Below, piece after piece: positions 1-11,783 of a DNA stretch of 64,000 bases (positions are counted from its first letter, which is position 1; each line of letters opens with the position of its first letter). Both the position numbers and the translations under genes were made by a program. Source of the DNA: an uncultured Dehalococcoidia bacterium. Its GTDB lineage: Bacteria > Chloroflexota > Dehalococcoidia > Lucifugimonadales > UBA1127. A model generated the notes under the pieces. That model searched no databases, was not told the DNA's origin, and saw only the letters and a program-made list of their open reading frames with translations. Location of the stretch: NCBI GenBank assembly GCA_951812285.1, contig OX638292.1, forward strand, positions 614,774-678,773. Reading direction: 5' to 3'.

Positions 1-133
1 GGGCAGTTCGGACTCCGGTGCCCTCACAATATCGTGGTTAACCACCTGTTTGCGCTGAATAGCTCCGTTGAGTCGATTCGGCAGCACGTGAAGGTCCAGC
101 ATTCTCTTGCGCACCGCTAATTGAAGCGGTAGG

Positions 134-472
134 ATGCCCATGACCTCGGCACCATTGCCTGTAATTTCAGGTACTTTTCGTGTGCCGACGCCTGCTGAAC
201 GTATGATTGATGATCGGAATGTTGGCAAATACCCCGTGAGCGTGGCATCCACCCTCACTGAAGTGTCTGAGCACCGGCTCCGGGCCTTCGAGGCCGCAGG
301 GTTGCTGGAGCCTCAGCGCACACAGGGTGGCACACGTCTCTATTCCGACGCTGACATCGACCTCATCCGCACCATCGCTGAGCTCTCCGAAAAGGGCATC
401 AACTACGCCGGCATCCGCGAGGTGCTGGAGATCACGCTGACCGGCGACGAAGAGGCCGGCGACAAGGAGTAG
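134..472 (+). CDS. MerR-family transcriptional regulator, HspR-like
   Basis: 112-aa ORF with an N-terminal MerR-type wHTH (YPVSVASTLTEVSEHRLRAFEAAGLLEPQRTQGGTRLYSDADIDLIRTI). Layout matches the HspR-like protein at 59263-59772. No Cys residues in the C-terminal part. Confidence 0.75.
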   Translation: MPMTSAPLPVISGTFRVPTPAERMIDDRNVGKYPVSVASTLTEVSEHRLRAFEAAGLLEPQRTQGGTRLYSDADIDLIRTIAELSEKGINYAGIREVLEITLTGDEEAGDKE

Positions 473-506
473 CTGAGAACGGCATCAGCCTTCCGGCAGG
501 ATATGC

Positions 507-539
507 AGAGGGGCGCGACAGATTCTGTCGCGCCCCTCT
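507..539. terminator. GC-rich hairpin between convergent genes (putative bidirectional terminator)
   Basis: Perfect 15-bp stem AGAGGGGCGCGACAG / CTGTCGCGCCCCTCT with loop ATT. The flanking T-tract is weak (TTGTCTG). Confidence 0.55.
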
Positions 540-573
540 TGTCTGACCTTGAAGCTCGTGCGTTCCGCCTGGC

Positions 574-777
574 CTACATGTCCATCTGTTTCTCGCCGGA
601 CAGGTAAGACTCCGGCTCCTTGGAGAAGGCGACCCTGCACCCCGGCCCGCAGAAATAGTAGGTCACGCCGTTGTAGTCGTGTGTGCCGCCCGGCGGTTTC
701 TTCATGTCTACCATCATGTGGCACACGGGGTCCTCAGCCTTCTTTCCGGCGAACAGTCCCAGGAATCCGGGGCTCAT
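574..777 (-). CDS. YHS/TRASH-domain metal-binding protein
   Basis: 67-aa ORF, 28 nt downstream of copA on the same strand. Carries DPVCHMMV...YYFCGPGCRVAF, a Cys-rich YHS-type module. Confidence 0.75.
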   Translation of the reverse strand: MSPGFLGLFAGKKAEDPVCHMMVDMKKPPGGTHDYNGVTYYFCGPGCRVAFSKEPESYLSGEKQMDM

Positions 778-805
778 GCGTCCCTCCCAGCCTCAGATGC
801 GCCGC

Positions 806-3307
806 CTACCTCGGCGGCCGAAACCCGTTGAGCCGCAGCGAGTTCGCAACGACGGTGACCGAGCTGATGGCCATAGCGGCCGCGGCAAGCATGGGGTTCA
901 GGAAGCCTTCGTCTCCGAACGCAAATTCCAGGTAGGTGGGCACGCTGCCCACGGAGTTGAACACCAGGTGGAAGGCGCCGGCCGCGATGGGGATCAACAG
1001 GATGTTGTAGATGAACGCCCAGAAGAGGTTCTGGCGGATCACCCGCACGGTCGCGTTGCTCAGGGCGAACATCGTGAGCAGCGCGCGAAGGTCGCCGCGA
1101 AGGAGGGTGACCTGCGCCGACTCGATGGCAACGTCGGTGCCGTTGCCCATCGCGATGCCGACGTCCGCCTGCGCGAGCGCGGGTGCGTCGTTGATGCCGT
1201 CGCCGACCATGGCGACGACTTTCTTCTCGTACTGGAGCTGCCGGATCTTAAGCGCCTTCTCGTCCGGGTGCACGCCCGCGATGACCTGCACGATGCCGAG
1301 CCGTCGCGCGATGGCCTCCGCCGTGCGCTTGTTGTCGCCGCTCAGCATGACGGGTTCCATGCCCAGGCGGCGGAGACGTGCCACCACCTCGTAGGCCTCC
1401 GGCTTGATCGTGTCCTGCACGGTCAGGATCGCCGAGAGGCTGTCGCCGATGGCCACGAAAATGGGCGTCTTGCCGTTGGCCGCCATGGCGCCCGCCCGTG
1501 AGGCCACCTGGGTCGCGTCGACGCCCAGGGACGCCATCAGCCGGCCGTTGCCCACAGCCACCCGTCGCTTGCCGACGGCTCCGATGACGCCCTCGCCGGG
1601 GATGTACTCGAACTCGGTGACGTTCTCCAGTTCTAGGCCCCGCTCCAGCGCGGCCTCGACGAGCGCCCGGCCGAACGGGTGCTCCGAGTTGCGCTCCACC
1701 GAGGCCGCCAGCCGGAGTGACTCGCTCTCGCCAACGCCGAACGCCATCAGGTCGGTCAGCACAGGCTTGCCCATGGTGAGCGTCCCCGTCTTGTCGAGGA
1801 CCACGGTGTTGGTTGACCGCGCCCGCTCCAGGCCCTCGGCCGAGCGGATGAGCACACCGTACGAGGCGCCCACGCCCGTGCCGACGACGACCGCCGTCGG
1901 CGTCGCCAGGCCGAGCGCGCAGGGACAGGCCACGATGAGCACCGCCACAAATGTCATGAGGGCGTACGAAAGTGACGGCGCTGGTCCCAACGCGTACCAC
2001 AACAGGAAGGCAGAGAACCCGACCGCCAGGACCGCCGGGACGAAGTAGGACGCCACCACGTCCACGGTCCGCTGGACCGGCGCCTTGGACACCTGCGCCT
2101 CTTCCACCATTCGGATGATGTTGGACAGTAGCGTCTCGGCGCCCACCTTGGCCGCGCGGAAGGTGAAGGCCCCGGTGCCGTTGATGGTCGCACCGTAGAC
2201 CGAGTCGCCGGGGCCCTTCTCGATGGGCAGGCTCTCGCCGGTGAGCATGGACTCGTCGACAGCGGAGAGGCCCTCCGTCACGATGCCATCGACCGGGATG
2301 CGCTCACCCGGGAGCACCAGCACGATGTCGCCGACGAACACTTCCCCTATCGGTATTTCAACTTCCGTGTCATGCCGGACGACACGGGCGACCTGCACCT
2401 GCATGTCGAGGAGGCGGTTGATGGCCTCCGACGTGCGGCGCCTGCTCGCCGCCTCCATGTACCGGCCTACCAGGATAAGCGCAACGATGACCGCCGCCGT
2501 GTCAAAGAAGAGCGTGGTGGGCATGTCCCGCGCGATGAAATAGTCGGGGAATAGCACGATGGATGCGCTGTACAGGTAGGCGGTGCCGACACCGATGGAG
2601 ATGAGCGTGAACATGTTGGCGGTCTTGAACCGGAGCACGCCGAGTCCTGACACAAAGAAGCCACCGCCGGCCCAGAGGACGACCGGCGTCGCGAGGCCCC
2701 AGAGCACGTACTTGGACTGCAGGAACTCGGGGGCCCACGTGAAGATGGTCTCGAGGCTGCCTATCAGCACGAGGGCGCCCAGAACCAATGCGACCAAGGC
2801 CTTGATGCGCAGACCCCTGACCTCGAGGTTGCGTGCCCTCCGGCGCGCGCGCTCTTCGTCGAGGGAGTTTGCGGCGATGCCCTCCATGCGGTAGCCGGCG
2901 TCCTCCACTGCATCCTTCAGCGCATCGAGGGACACCAAGCCCGCGATGAAGTCCACAGACGCCTTCTCTGATGCAAGGTTGACCCGCGCCTGATGTACGC
3001 CCTGAATGCCGTTCAGCGCGTGCTCGACGTGCATGACGCAGGAGCCACAGGTCATGCCGCCAATGCTGAGGTTGGTGGTCTCGATGGGAATCGTGTAGCC
3101 CGCCGAGGCCACGGCATCACTCAGGTCCTGCTGGGACAGCGGGTGCTTCGGGAAGACCTCCAGGACAGCCGCGGAGGTCACCAGGTCCAGGCGGACGTCC
3201 GCGACGCCGGGGACGGCGCGCAGCGCGTCCTGCAGCTCGGCGGCGCCCTCGCTTTCCGTCAGCCCGACGATGGGAAGTGTCACTCGTTCAATGACCGCGC
3301 TACTCAT
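806..3307 (-). CDS. copA: Copper-translocating P1B-type ATPase
   Basis: 833 aa. Motifs read directly: [15 protein letters not shown] (HMA domain 2), [11 protein letters not shown] (CPC), [22 protein letters not shown]. The first HMA-like domain (aa 8-75) lacks the CxxC pair. Confidence 0.95.
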   Translation of the reverse strand: MSSAVIERVTLPIVGLTESEGAAELQDALRAVPGVADVRLDLVTSAAVLEVFPKHPLSQQDLSDAVASAGYTIPIETTNLSIGGMTCGSCVMHVEHALNGIQGVHQARVNLASEKASVDFIAGLVSLDALKDAVEDAGYRMEGIAANSLDEERARRRARNLEVRGLRIKALVALVLGALVLIGSLETIFTWAPEFLQSKYVLWGLATPVVLWAGGGFFVSGLGVLRFKTANMFTLISIGVGTAYLYSASIVLFPDYFIARDMPTTLFFDTAAVIVALILVGRYMEAASRRRTSEAINRLLDMQVQVARVVRHDTEVEIPIGEVFVGDIVLVLPGERIPVDGIVTEGLSAVDESMLTGESLPIEKGPGDSVYGATINGTGAFTFRAAKVGAETLLSNIIRMVEEAQVSKAPVQRTVDVVASYFVPAVLAVGFSAFLLWYALGPAPSLSYALMTFVAVLIVACPCALGLATPTAVVVGTGVGASYGVLIRSAEGLERARSTNTVVLDKTGTLTMGKPVLTDLMAFGVGESESLRLAASVERNSEHPFGRALVEAALERGLELENVTEFEYIPGEGVIGAVGKRRVAVGNGRLMASLGVDATQVASRAGAMAANGKTPIFVAIGDSLSAILTVQDTIKPEAYEVVARLRRLGMEPVMLSGDNKRTAEAIARRLGIVQVIAGVHPDEKALKIRQLQYEKKVVAMVGDGINDAPALAQADVGIAMGNGTDVAIESAQVTLLRGDLRALLTMFALSNATVRVIRQNLFWAFIYNILLIPIAAGAFHLVFNSVGSVPTYLEFAFGDEGFLNPMLAAAAMAISSVTVVANSLRLNGFRPPR

Positions 3308-3565
3308 CGCAACTCACTCTTCACATTGACACGTGATTCGAACGGCGTGAACGTGCGTCCGCGCCTTTGCGCCGTTGCCTTTTCGGCATTCACCATCATG
3401 CGGGCCGACGCCCCGCATACAAGTTCATAGGATACGCTTTGCCAATGTGGCCGTAAAGGGAAACGAGTCTCAACACCATTGAGGTATATCCGCGTCGGCA
3501 ATGGGCCGCAAATGTGCCATAGGGGAAGGCGCGCCCACAGTTATGCTCATGTAGAATATTGAACC

Positions 3566-4303
3566 ATGCCGCTAGACGAAACTCTTGTCCTCGTTGGCCT
3601 GATCATTCTCTTTGCCGCCGCCATCAAGATCACCTTTGGTGTCGGCTTTGCCCTCATTGGCACCCCGCTTCTCCTGCTGGTAATGGACCCGGACAAGGTG
3701 GTGGGCTTCATTGCTCCCCTGATTCTGCTGCAGGACTTGATCATCCTGAGCCAGACGTGGCGGCACGTGCCATGGAAGCACGCCGCGCTGTTGGCTGTCG
3801 CGGCCAGCGTGGTCGCGCCGTTCTCCGCGCAACTGCTGACGATCCTTGACCAGCAGGCGCTGCAGATCACCATCTCCACGATCATCATCGTCATTGGCAT
3901 CGCGCTCCTCGCGGGGCTGCAGCTCAGCATCCGGAGGGAGTCAGTGGCGATGGTGGCGGGCGGCGTAGTCAGCGGAATTGTCTTTCCCCTGTCCGGCATC
4001 TCCGGCCCTCCAGTCGCGCTCCTGCTGGTGAACCAGCGATGGCAGGTCCAGACGATGCGGGCGGTGTTGGCGGCATACCTCGTCGTGCTGGAGGTCGTGA
4101 CCATCACCGTGTTTGCCATCAATGGCGTCGTGAACGCAGAGTCCCTGCTGGCCGACCTCTTCATGCTGCCGGTCCTCGGCCTCTCAGTAGTGCTTTCGGC
4201 CCTCGCACTGCGAAGATTGAAGCCGGACCACTATCGCAAGTTCGTCACGCTCATAGTTGTCCTTGCCGCCCTGCTCGGAGTGGTGAACCTGATACTGAGC
4301 TGA
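3566..4303 (+). CDS. TSUP (TauE/SafE-like) family membrane permease
   Basis: 245 aa, highly hydrophobic with about 8 TM segments and Gly-rich helices typical of TSUP proteins. Family call is from recall only. Confidence 0.55.
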   Translation: MPLDETLVLVGLIILFAAAIKITFGVGFALIGTPLLLLVMDPDKVVGFIAPLILLQDLIILSQTWRHVPWKHAALLAVAASVVAPFSAQLLTILDQQALQITISTIIIVIGIALLAGLQLSIRRESVAMVAGGVVSGIVFPLSGISGPPVALLLVNQRWQVQTMRAVLAAYLVVLEVVTITVFAINGVVNAESLLADLFMLPVLGLSVVLSALALRRLKPDHYRKFVTLIVVLAALLGVVNLILS

Positions 4304-4421
4304 CGGGGCTGGTGCAGCCGCATTGATACGAACGGGCGTGGTACACTGAAGGTGTATCGCCCTGTTTGACGCAGTTCACTTTGGACGCTCCGGCGTCCCA
4401 CCCCCCAGAGGAGGCACGTCC

Positions 4422-6770
4422 GTGAGTCCTCGCCGCCGAAAGCCCATCCCTCAAGAGTACCCGATGCTGGTTCGCCGGGACGTCGTGGTCTTTCCCCGGG
4501 TCATGGGACAGGTCATGGTCTTCCGCCCCATCTTTCAGCGGGCAATCGACGCCGCGATGGCTGCCGACCAGAAGATCATCGTCGTGGGCCGCAAGAACCG
4601 CGAGGAGCGGGACTTCACGCCGGACGACCTCTACGGGATCGGGACGATGGCGACGGTCAGCCGCGTCATGCGCATGCCCGACGGCACGGCGAGCGTGGTG
4701 CTCGAGGGCTTCAACCGGGTCTCAATTGAGTCCGTGACAGAGACGGACCCCTACTACCGGGGCGCCGTGCTGCCACTGGAAGAGTCCTCGACCGAGTCCA
4801 TGGAGGCCGAGGCCACCCGCCGCGCCGTCCTGGAACTGCTCGGCGAGTCGGTCAAGATGTCGCACCACCTGGGCGAGGAAGACTACATCGCCGCCCTGAA
4901 CGCTACCAACAACGGCGAGGTCGCGGACCAGGTGGCCAACTCGCTGCAACTCCCCATCGAGGAGGCGCAAAAGGTGCTGGAGACGCTCGACCCCGATGAG
5001 CGGCTCGAGCACGTGCACAAACTGCTGGCCCGCGAGCTGGAGGTGCTCCGGTTGCAGAGCCGCATGCAGTCGGCGGTGCAGGAAGAGGTGGAGAAGACGC
5101 AGCGCGAGCACATCCTTCGCGAGCACCTCCGCATGATCCAGGAACAGCTCAGGGACGTCGATCCGACGCACAAGGAGGCCCACGACCTGCGGACCCGCAT
5201 CGAGGAGGCGGGCATGCCGGAGGCGGCCGAGCAGAAGGCGCTGGAGGAGATGGACCGGCTCGCGATGATCCCCAGCATCTCCCCCGAGTCCTCCGTGCTG
5301 CGCAACTACCTGGACTGGCTGGTCTCGCTGCCGTGGAGCAAGTCGACCGAGGACAACCTCGACACGGTGCACGCGGCGAAGGTGCTGGACAAGAACCACT
5401 ACGGCCTGCAGAAGGTGAAAGAGCGATTGCTTGAGTACATGGCAGTCCGAAAGCTCTCGGCGGGCAAGCTTCGGTCGCCGGTGCTCTGCCTCGTGGGCCC
5501 ACCCGGCGTCGGGAAGACCTCGCTGGGGCGCTCCATCGCCGAGGCGCTCGGCCGCGTCTTCGTGCGCGTCAGCCTGGGCGGCGTCCGCGACGAGGCGGAG
5601 GTGCGCGGGCACCGTCGCACGTACGTCGGCGCGCTGCCGGGACGCATCGTGCAGGCGATGAAGACGGCGGGCGTCGTCAACCCGGTCTTCATGCTGGACG
5701 AGCTCGATAAGATGGGTTCGGACTTCCGCGGCGACCCGTCGTCGGCGCTGCTGGAGGTTCTGGATCCGGAGCAGAACCACGGGTTCAGCGACCACTACCT
5801 GGAGGTCCCCTACGACCTCTCGAAGGTGCTCTTCATCGCCACGGCCAACGTGCTCGACCCCATCATCCCGGCGCTGCGTGACCGGCTTGAGGTGCTGGAG
5901 CTGCCGGGGTACACGGAGGACGAGAAGATCCACATCGCACAGCGCTTCTTGGCGCCCAAGCAGGCGGAGGAGAACGGGCTGGGCGAGAGGCCTGTTACGT
6001 GGGGCGAGGAGCCGCTGCTGCAGCTCATCCGCGGCTACACCCACGAGGCCGGCGTACGGAACCTGGAGCGGGAGATAGGTGGCGTGAACCGCAAGGTGGC
6101 CAAGACCATCGCCGACGGCGGCAAGCCGCCCACCCGCATCACGATGAGCTACCTGGCCAAGGCAATCGGCCCGGCGCGGTACACGTGGGGCGCCGCCGAG
6201 GAGCAGGACGAGGTCGGCGTCGCGACGGGCGTCGCGCGAACGGCCGTCGGCGGCGACGTGCTCTCCGTCGAGGTGAGCGTGGTCGACGGCAAGGGCGACC
6301 TGACGCTCACCGGCTCCCTCGGCGACGTGATGAAGGAGTCTGCACAGGCGGCGCTTAGCTACGCGCGGGCGCGCTCGCACAGCTTCAAGCTGCCGCCCAA
6401 GGTCTTCGAGGAGAACAACATCCACATCCACGTGCCCTCGGGCGCGGTGCCCAAGGACGGCCCCTCAGCGGGGGTGACGCTGGCGACGGCGCTGGTGTCG
6501 GCGCTGGGGCGCATGCCCGTGCGCAAGGACGTCGCCATGACGGGCGAGGTCACGCTGCGCGGGCGCGTACTGGAGGTGGGCGGCATCAAGGAGAAGGTGC
6601 TGGCGGCGCACAGGGCCGGTATCAAGACCTTCGTGTTGCCGAAGAAGAACAACCGTGACCTGGAGGACGTGCCGACGCAGGTGCGCCGCACGCTGACCTT
6701 CGTGCCCGTCGAGAACATGGACGAGGTGCTGGCCGTCGCGCTGCTGCCGATGGTGCGACCAGAGGCGTAG
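4422..6770 (+). CDS. lon: ATP-dependent Lon protease
   Basis: 782 aa. Walker A GPPGVGKTS, catalytic Ser in PKDGPSAGVT, Lys in GGIKEKVLAAHRAG. GTG start preceded by AGAGGAGG. Confidence 0.95.
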   Translation: MSPRRRKPIPQEYPMLVRRDVVVFPRVMGQVMVFRPIFQRAIDAAMAADQKIIVVGRKNREERDFTPDDLYGIGTMATVSRVMRMPDGTASVVLEGFNRVSIESVTETDPYYRGAVLPLEESSTESMEAEATRRAVLELLGESVKMSHHLGEEDYIAALNATNNGEVADQVANSLQLPIEEAQKVLETLDPDERLEHVHKLLARELEVLRLQSRMQSAVQEEVEKTQREHILREHLRMIQEQLRDVDPTHKEAHDLRTRIEEAGMPEAAEQKALEEMDRLAMIPSISPESSVLRNYLDWLVSLPWSKSTEDNLDTVHAAKVLDKNHYGLQKVKERLLEYMAVRKLSAGKLRSPVLCLVGPPGVGKTSLGRSIAEALGRVFVRVSLGGVRDEAEVRGHRRTYVGALPGRIVQAMKTAGVVNPVFMLDELDKMGSDFRGDPSSALLEVLDPEQNHGFSDHYLEVPYDLSKVLFIATANVLDPIIPALRDRLEVLELPGYTEDEKIHIAQRFLAPKQAEENGLGERPVTWGEEPLLQLIRGYTHEAGVRNLEREIGGVNRKVAKTIADGGKPPTRITMSYLAKAIGPARYTWGAAEEQDEVGVATGVARTAVGGDVLSVEVSVVDGKGDLTLTGSLGDVMKESAQAALSYARARSHSFKLPPKVFEENNIHIHVPSGAVPKDGPSAGVTLATALVSALGRMPVRKDVAMTGEVTLRGRVLEVGGIKEKVLAAHRAGIKTFVLPKKNNRDLEDVPTQVRRTLTFVPVENMDEVLAVALLPMVRPEA

Positions 6771-6854
6771 GTTGCGGCCCTATTGACAATCTGAGAAAAT
6801 CTACACGGTACAGTTCGGCCAAGCGAATTGGAGCCGGCCGGGGAGAGGTGCAAC

Positions 6855-7073
6855 GTGTTTGGTCTATTCCGAGGCGGGTTCGGCCTGCCCGAGATCATTC
6901 TGATCCTGTTCATTGTCCTGCTGCTCTTCGGCGCGACGCGGCTGCCGCAGCTCGCGAAGTCCATGGGCTCCGCGATCAAGGAGTTCCGCAAAGCAGCCGG
7001 CCCCTCGCTCGACGAGGGCACAAACAACGCCAGCACCACGACCCGGCGCACGAGGTCCAAGAAGGCGTCGTAG
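6855..7073 (+). CDS. tatA: Twin-arginine translocase subunit TatA/E
   Basis: The GTG at 6855 (SD GGGGAGAGG upstream) gives [47 protein letters not shown], the canonical TatA TM helix plus amphipathic helix. The ORF track starts 27 nt earlier, at 6828. Confidence 0.85.
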   Translation: MFGLFRGGFGLPEIILILFIVLLLFGATRLPQLAKSMGSAIKEFRKAAGPSLDEGTNNASTTTRRTRSKKAS

Positions 7074-7094
7074 CGCATACATCGCTTGAAGAAG

Positions 7095-7126
7095 AGAGGG
7101 CCCCGCTCCGTAGAGCGGGGCCCTCT
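7095..7126. terminator. Bidirectional hairpin terminator between tatA and the DAK2 gene
   Basis: 14-bp perfect stem AGAGGGCCCCGCTC / GAGCGGGGCCCTCT with loop CGTA, followed by TGCTTCCTCT. Confidence 0.6.
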
Positions 7127-7152
7127 TGCTTCCTCTGATTCTGGTGTCGCCC

Positions 7153-8823
<1,671 letters not shown>

Positions 8824-8885
8824 AGCTGTGCTAATGTAATTTAGAAATTGTAAGCAAGCGGCAATACGCCGTCAAAAGGCAGACC

Positions 8886-9077
8886 ATGGCAAGTTGTCAA
8901 ATATGCGGCAAGGTTGGCGGCAGCGGCCACAACGTTAGCCACTCCAAGCGGCGCACCAACACCCGTTGGCTCCCCAACGTCCAGCGGGCAACGATGGTGA
9001 TCAATGGCCAGCGAGTGCGGGTGAAGGCTTGCACCCGGTGCATCCGGAGCCAGTACAAGCCCTCTCGGGTGAGGTAG
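8886..9077 (+). CDS. rpmB: 50S ribosomal protein L28
   Basis: 63 aa: CQICGKVGGSGHNVSHSKRRTNTRWLPNVQRATMVINGQRVRVKACTRCIRS. Confidence 0.95.
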   Translation: MASCQICGKVGGSGHNVSHSKRRTNTRWLPNVQRATMVINGQRVRVKACTRCIRSQYKPSRVR

Positions 9078-9140
9078 GCCAGTTGGCCAGCTACATTGCT
9101 GAGATTGCGCATCAGTCGAGGTGCGCCGTCTCCGCGTCAC

Positions 9141-9818
9141 CTAGCCGGCATGGAAGCTGCCGCGCAACCGGGTCATCGCCTCCGCAACGCTCTCCCTCTT
9201 GTTGAAGATGGCGGACCCGGCGACGAGGACTCTCGCGCCGTTCTTCACCACTTCATCCGCCGTCTCAGCATTGATGCCGCCATCCACCTCCAGCTCCGTC
9301 TCCAGCGAGCGCTCGTCCAGCATGGCGCGTACCCTTCGCACCTTGGGTACTACGGACGAGATGAATCGCTGACCGCCGAAGCCGGGGTTCACGGTCATCA
9401 CCAGCACCAGGTCCAGGTCGTCGACGATCTCCTCCAGGGCGCTGGCGGGCGTTGAGGGATTAAGGGCGACCCCAGACCGGGCCCCCGACTCCTTGATGAG
9501 ATGGACAGTCCGGTGCAAGTGTGCGCAGGCCTCAGCATGCACGGTGAGGATGGACGCCCCAGCCTTCGCGAATTCCGGGATGAGCTGGTCCGGCGAGTCC
9601 ACCATCAGGTGCACGTCAAGCGGCAAGGTTGTCCGGGACCGCAGGGCGTCCACCAGCATGGGGCCAAAGGTCAGGTTGGGGACAAAGTGGCCGTCCATGA
9701 CGTCGACGTGAATGTAGTCGGCGCCGGCGGCCTCAGCCTCGGCCACCTGGGCGCCGAACGCAGCCGCGTCGGCCGAGAGGATGGACGGCGACACCTTAAC
9801 GTACGAAGTCCCTGGCAT
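9141..9818 (-). CDS. rpe: Ribulose-phosphate 3-epimerase
   Basis: SPSILSAD...HVDVMDGHFVPNLTFG...HLMV...MTVNPGFGGQ...VDGGI. I chose the ATG at 9818 (SD AGGAGA), not the longer track ORF that extends to 9926. Confidence 0.9.
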   Translation of the reverse strand: MPGTSYVKVSPSILSADAAAFGAQVAEAEAAGADYIHVDVMDGHFVPNLTFGPMLVDALRSRTTLPLDVHLMVDSPDQLIPEFAKAGASILTVHAEACAHLHRTVHLIKESGARSGVALNPSTPASALEEIVDDLDLVLVMTVNPGFGGQRFISSVVPKVRRVRAMLDERSLETELEVDGGINAETADEVVKNGARVLVAGSAIFNKRESVAEAMTRLRGSFHAG

Positions 9819-9851
9819 TTCGGTCTCCTGCTGGTTGCACGGTTTCTCAGT

Positions 9852-9886
9852 AGGGGCAGGTTTATGATATAGCATAAAGTGCCCCT
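9852..9886. repeat. AT-rich imperfect inverted repeat in the rpe/eamA divergent intergenic region
   Basis: AGGGGCA-GG-TTTATG-ATATAG-CATAAA-G-TGCCCCT. This gives 7+6 bp of pairing around an AT-rich core, in an otherwise GC-rich genome. Confidence 0.5.
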
Positions 9887-9924
9887 GCTTTCCATCTTGT
9901 TGCAAGAAGGGAGGTATAGAGGGC

Positions 9925-10788
9925 ATGAACCCCGCCGTACTGGCCGTCCTGACCGGCCTGTTCCTCGCCCTTGCCTCCCTCTACATCCGTTGGGGCCTGG
10001 AGCGCGGTACTCCCGGAGCTGCTGTGCTGATCGTCAACCTGATCAGCGCGGTCGTTGCCTGGCCGCTCTACCTGCTCTTCTCCCCTCATTTGGGCATTTC
10101 CAACTGGGCTGTGTTTGCATTCATTGCAGCCGGTGTGACGGGACTCTTTCTGGGCCGGGCGTTGCTGTTTGCCGCCATGCAGAGGATTGGCGTGGCCGTC
10201 TCGACTCCGCTGTACAACGTCCAGGCGCCCCTGTCGGTCATGGGCGGCGTGATCCTGTTCAGCGAAGCAGTCTCACCGCTCATAGGGTTGGGCACCGTGG
10301 CGGCCGTGGGCGGCGCCGGCCTGCTTTGCCTTGGCAAGTTCAGTCTGGGCTTAGAGCAACGGGCCCAACTTCGAGAACTGGCGATTCCCGTAGCCTCTGG
10401 CATTTGCATTGCGGCAGGGTTTGTGCTGCGGAAATGGGGGCTGCTGGAGACCCCCGACATCTACCTTGGCCTTGCCATCATGACGTCGACGGCTTTCATC
10501 ATTTCCCTTGGCTCAGCCGTTGTCCACCGGCAGACGATCCGCTTTCCGACGGGCCGGCCATTGATGATGTTCGTCATTGCGGGGTTCATGACCAACGTGG
10601 CCCACCTCACCAGTCTGGCGGCGCTGCTGCATGGCAATCTTGTGGTGGTCATCCCCCTGCAGAACACGGAAATGCTCTTCGCGCTGCTGCTCTCCCTGGT
10701 GTTCCTGCGCCGGCTCGAGCGGATAACGCTCGCCGTGGTGGCGGGGGCGGCGCTCGTGATGACGGGAGCGGTGCTGGTTAACCTGTGA
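9925..10788 (+). CDS. EamA/DMT-family transporter
   Basis: 287 aa, about 10 TM segments, with the two-repeat architecture typical of EamA. Paralogue of the next gene. Confidence 0.75.
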   Translation: MNPAVLAVLTGLFLALASLYIRWGLERGTPGAAVLIVNLISAVVAWPLYLLFSPHLGISNWAVFAFIAAGVTGLFLGRALLFAAMQRIGVAVSTPLYNVQAPLSVMGGVILFSEAVSPLIGLGTVAAVGGAGLLCLGKFSLGLEQRAQLRELAIPVASGICIAAGFVLRKWGLLETPDIYLGLAIMTSTAFIISLGSAVVHRQTIRFPTGRPLMMFVIAGFMTNVAHLTSLAALLHGNLVVVIPLQNTEMLFALLLSLVFLRRLERITLAVVAGAALVMTGAVLVNL

Positions 10789-10844
10789 CGAGGCGGCTAC
10801 AGTAGGGCGCAGCGCCGCACGCCGGCGCCAATACACGAAGGGCG

Positions 10845-11720
10845 GTGCCTGTCCGAATGCCTCCCGCACTCCTCGCCGTCGTCGCGGGCATGTTCTTCGC
10901 GCTGGCATCGTTCTTCACCCGGCTGGGCCTCGAGCGGGGGACCACGGACGGGGCGGTGCGAACGGCTGCGGTGGTCGCCGTTGCCGTGTCCTGGCCCCTG
11001 TTCATGCTGCTCGCCCCGTGGACGAGCCTATCAAGCTGGGCGGTGCTCGCCTTCATTGCGGCGGGGTTCTGCGGACCCTTCCTGGGAAGGCTGTTCCTGT
11101 TTACGGGCCTGCAGCGCGTGGGAGTGGCCGTCACCACGCCCATCTACAACGTGCAGGTGCTCTTCACCGCGGTTGCGGGCGTGCTGTTCTTCAGCGAGAC
11201 GCTCACGCCGTTCATCGGCGTCGGGACTGTGGCGATGCTGGTGGGCCTCGCACTGCTGGGCCTCGACGCCTCAGGCGGCAATCGCGACAGGCCGCGGCGC
11301 GCGCTGGACCTGCTGTTTCCGCTGGGCGCCGGGTTCTTCATCGCCATCACGTACGTGTTCCGCAAGTGGGGGCTGCAGATTACGCCCGAGGTGTTCCTCG
11401 GGCTGGCGGTGATGTCGTCGACGGCGCTCCTGACGTCGATGGGCACGGGCGCCCTCAAGGGGCAGGCCCTCACCATTCCGCGCGGCCGCACGCTCGTCAT
11501 GTTCACGATCGGCGGCGTGATGGCGATCACGGCCCATCTCTGCGTCCTCGGCGCGCTGCTGCACGGCGATCTGCTGATCGTGGTGCCCCTGCAGAACATG
11601 GAGCCGCTCTTTGCCGTGGTGCTCTCGAGACTCTTCCTGCGGCGCCTCGAGCTAGTCTCGCCGGCCATCGTCGCGGGCGCGGCGCTGGTGGTGACCGGCG
11701 GCGTGCTCGTCAACCTCTAG
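10845..11720 (+). CDS. EamA/DMT-family transporter (tandem paralogue)
   Basis: 291 aa, collinear similarity to 9925-10788 (for example FALASxxxRxGLERGT, VxTPxYNVQ, LHGxLxxVxPLQNxE). Start is uncertain (GTG 10845 or ATG 10857). Confidence 0.75.
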   Translation: MPVRMPPALLAVVAGMFFALASFFTRLGLERGTTDGAVRTAAVVAVAVSWPLFMLLAPWTSLSSWAVLAFIAAGFCGPFLGRLFLFTGLQRVGVAVTTPIYNVQVLFTAVAGVLFFSETLTPFIGVGTVAMLVGLALLGLDASGGNRDRPRRALDLLFPLGAGFFIAITYVFRKWGLQITPEVFLGLAVMSSTALLTSMGTGALKGQALTIPRGRTLVMFTIGGVMAITAHLCVLGALLHGDLLIVVPLQNMEPLFAVVLSRLFLRRLELVSPAIVAGAALVVTGGVLVNL

Positions 11721-11737
11721 CGACGCTAGCACAGCAA

Positions 11738-11762
11738 GAGGGCGCTCCGTTGGAGCGCCCTC
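11738..11762. terminator. Bidirectional hairpin terminator
   Basis: 11-bp stem GAGGGCGCTCC / GGAGCGCCCTC with loop GTT, between convergent genes. Confidence 0.55.
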
Positions 11763-11783
11763 CCGTATTCTACGCTGTATCGA

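Noticed and set aside
134-472. CueR-type copper sensor controlling copA.
   Set aside because: The protein has no Cys residues in the C-terminal metal-binding region and aligns better by eye with HspR-type MerR proteins.
4722-6431. 569-aa ORF antisense to lon. Similar long antisense or out-of-frame ORFs include 7126-8844, 23795-25126, 26450-28132, 32775-34184, 34661-35923, 36872-38176, 47404-48738 and 52801-54303.
   Set aside because: Their translations are Arg/Gly/Ala/Pro/His-rich low-complexity strings with no motifs. Each lies opposite a gene with unmistakable family signatures. This is the expected shadow-ORF artefact of high third-position GC.
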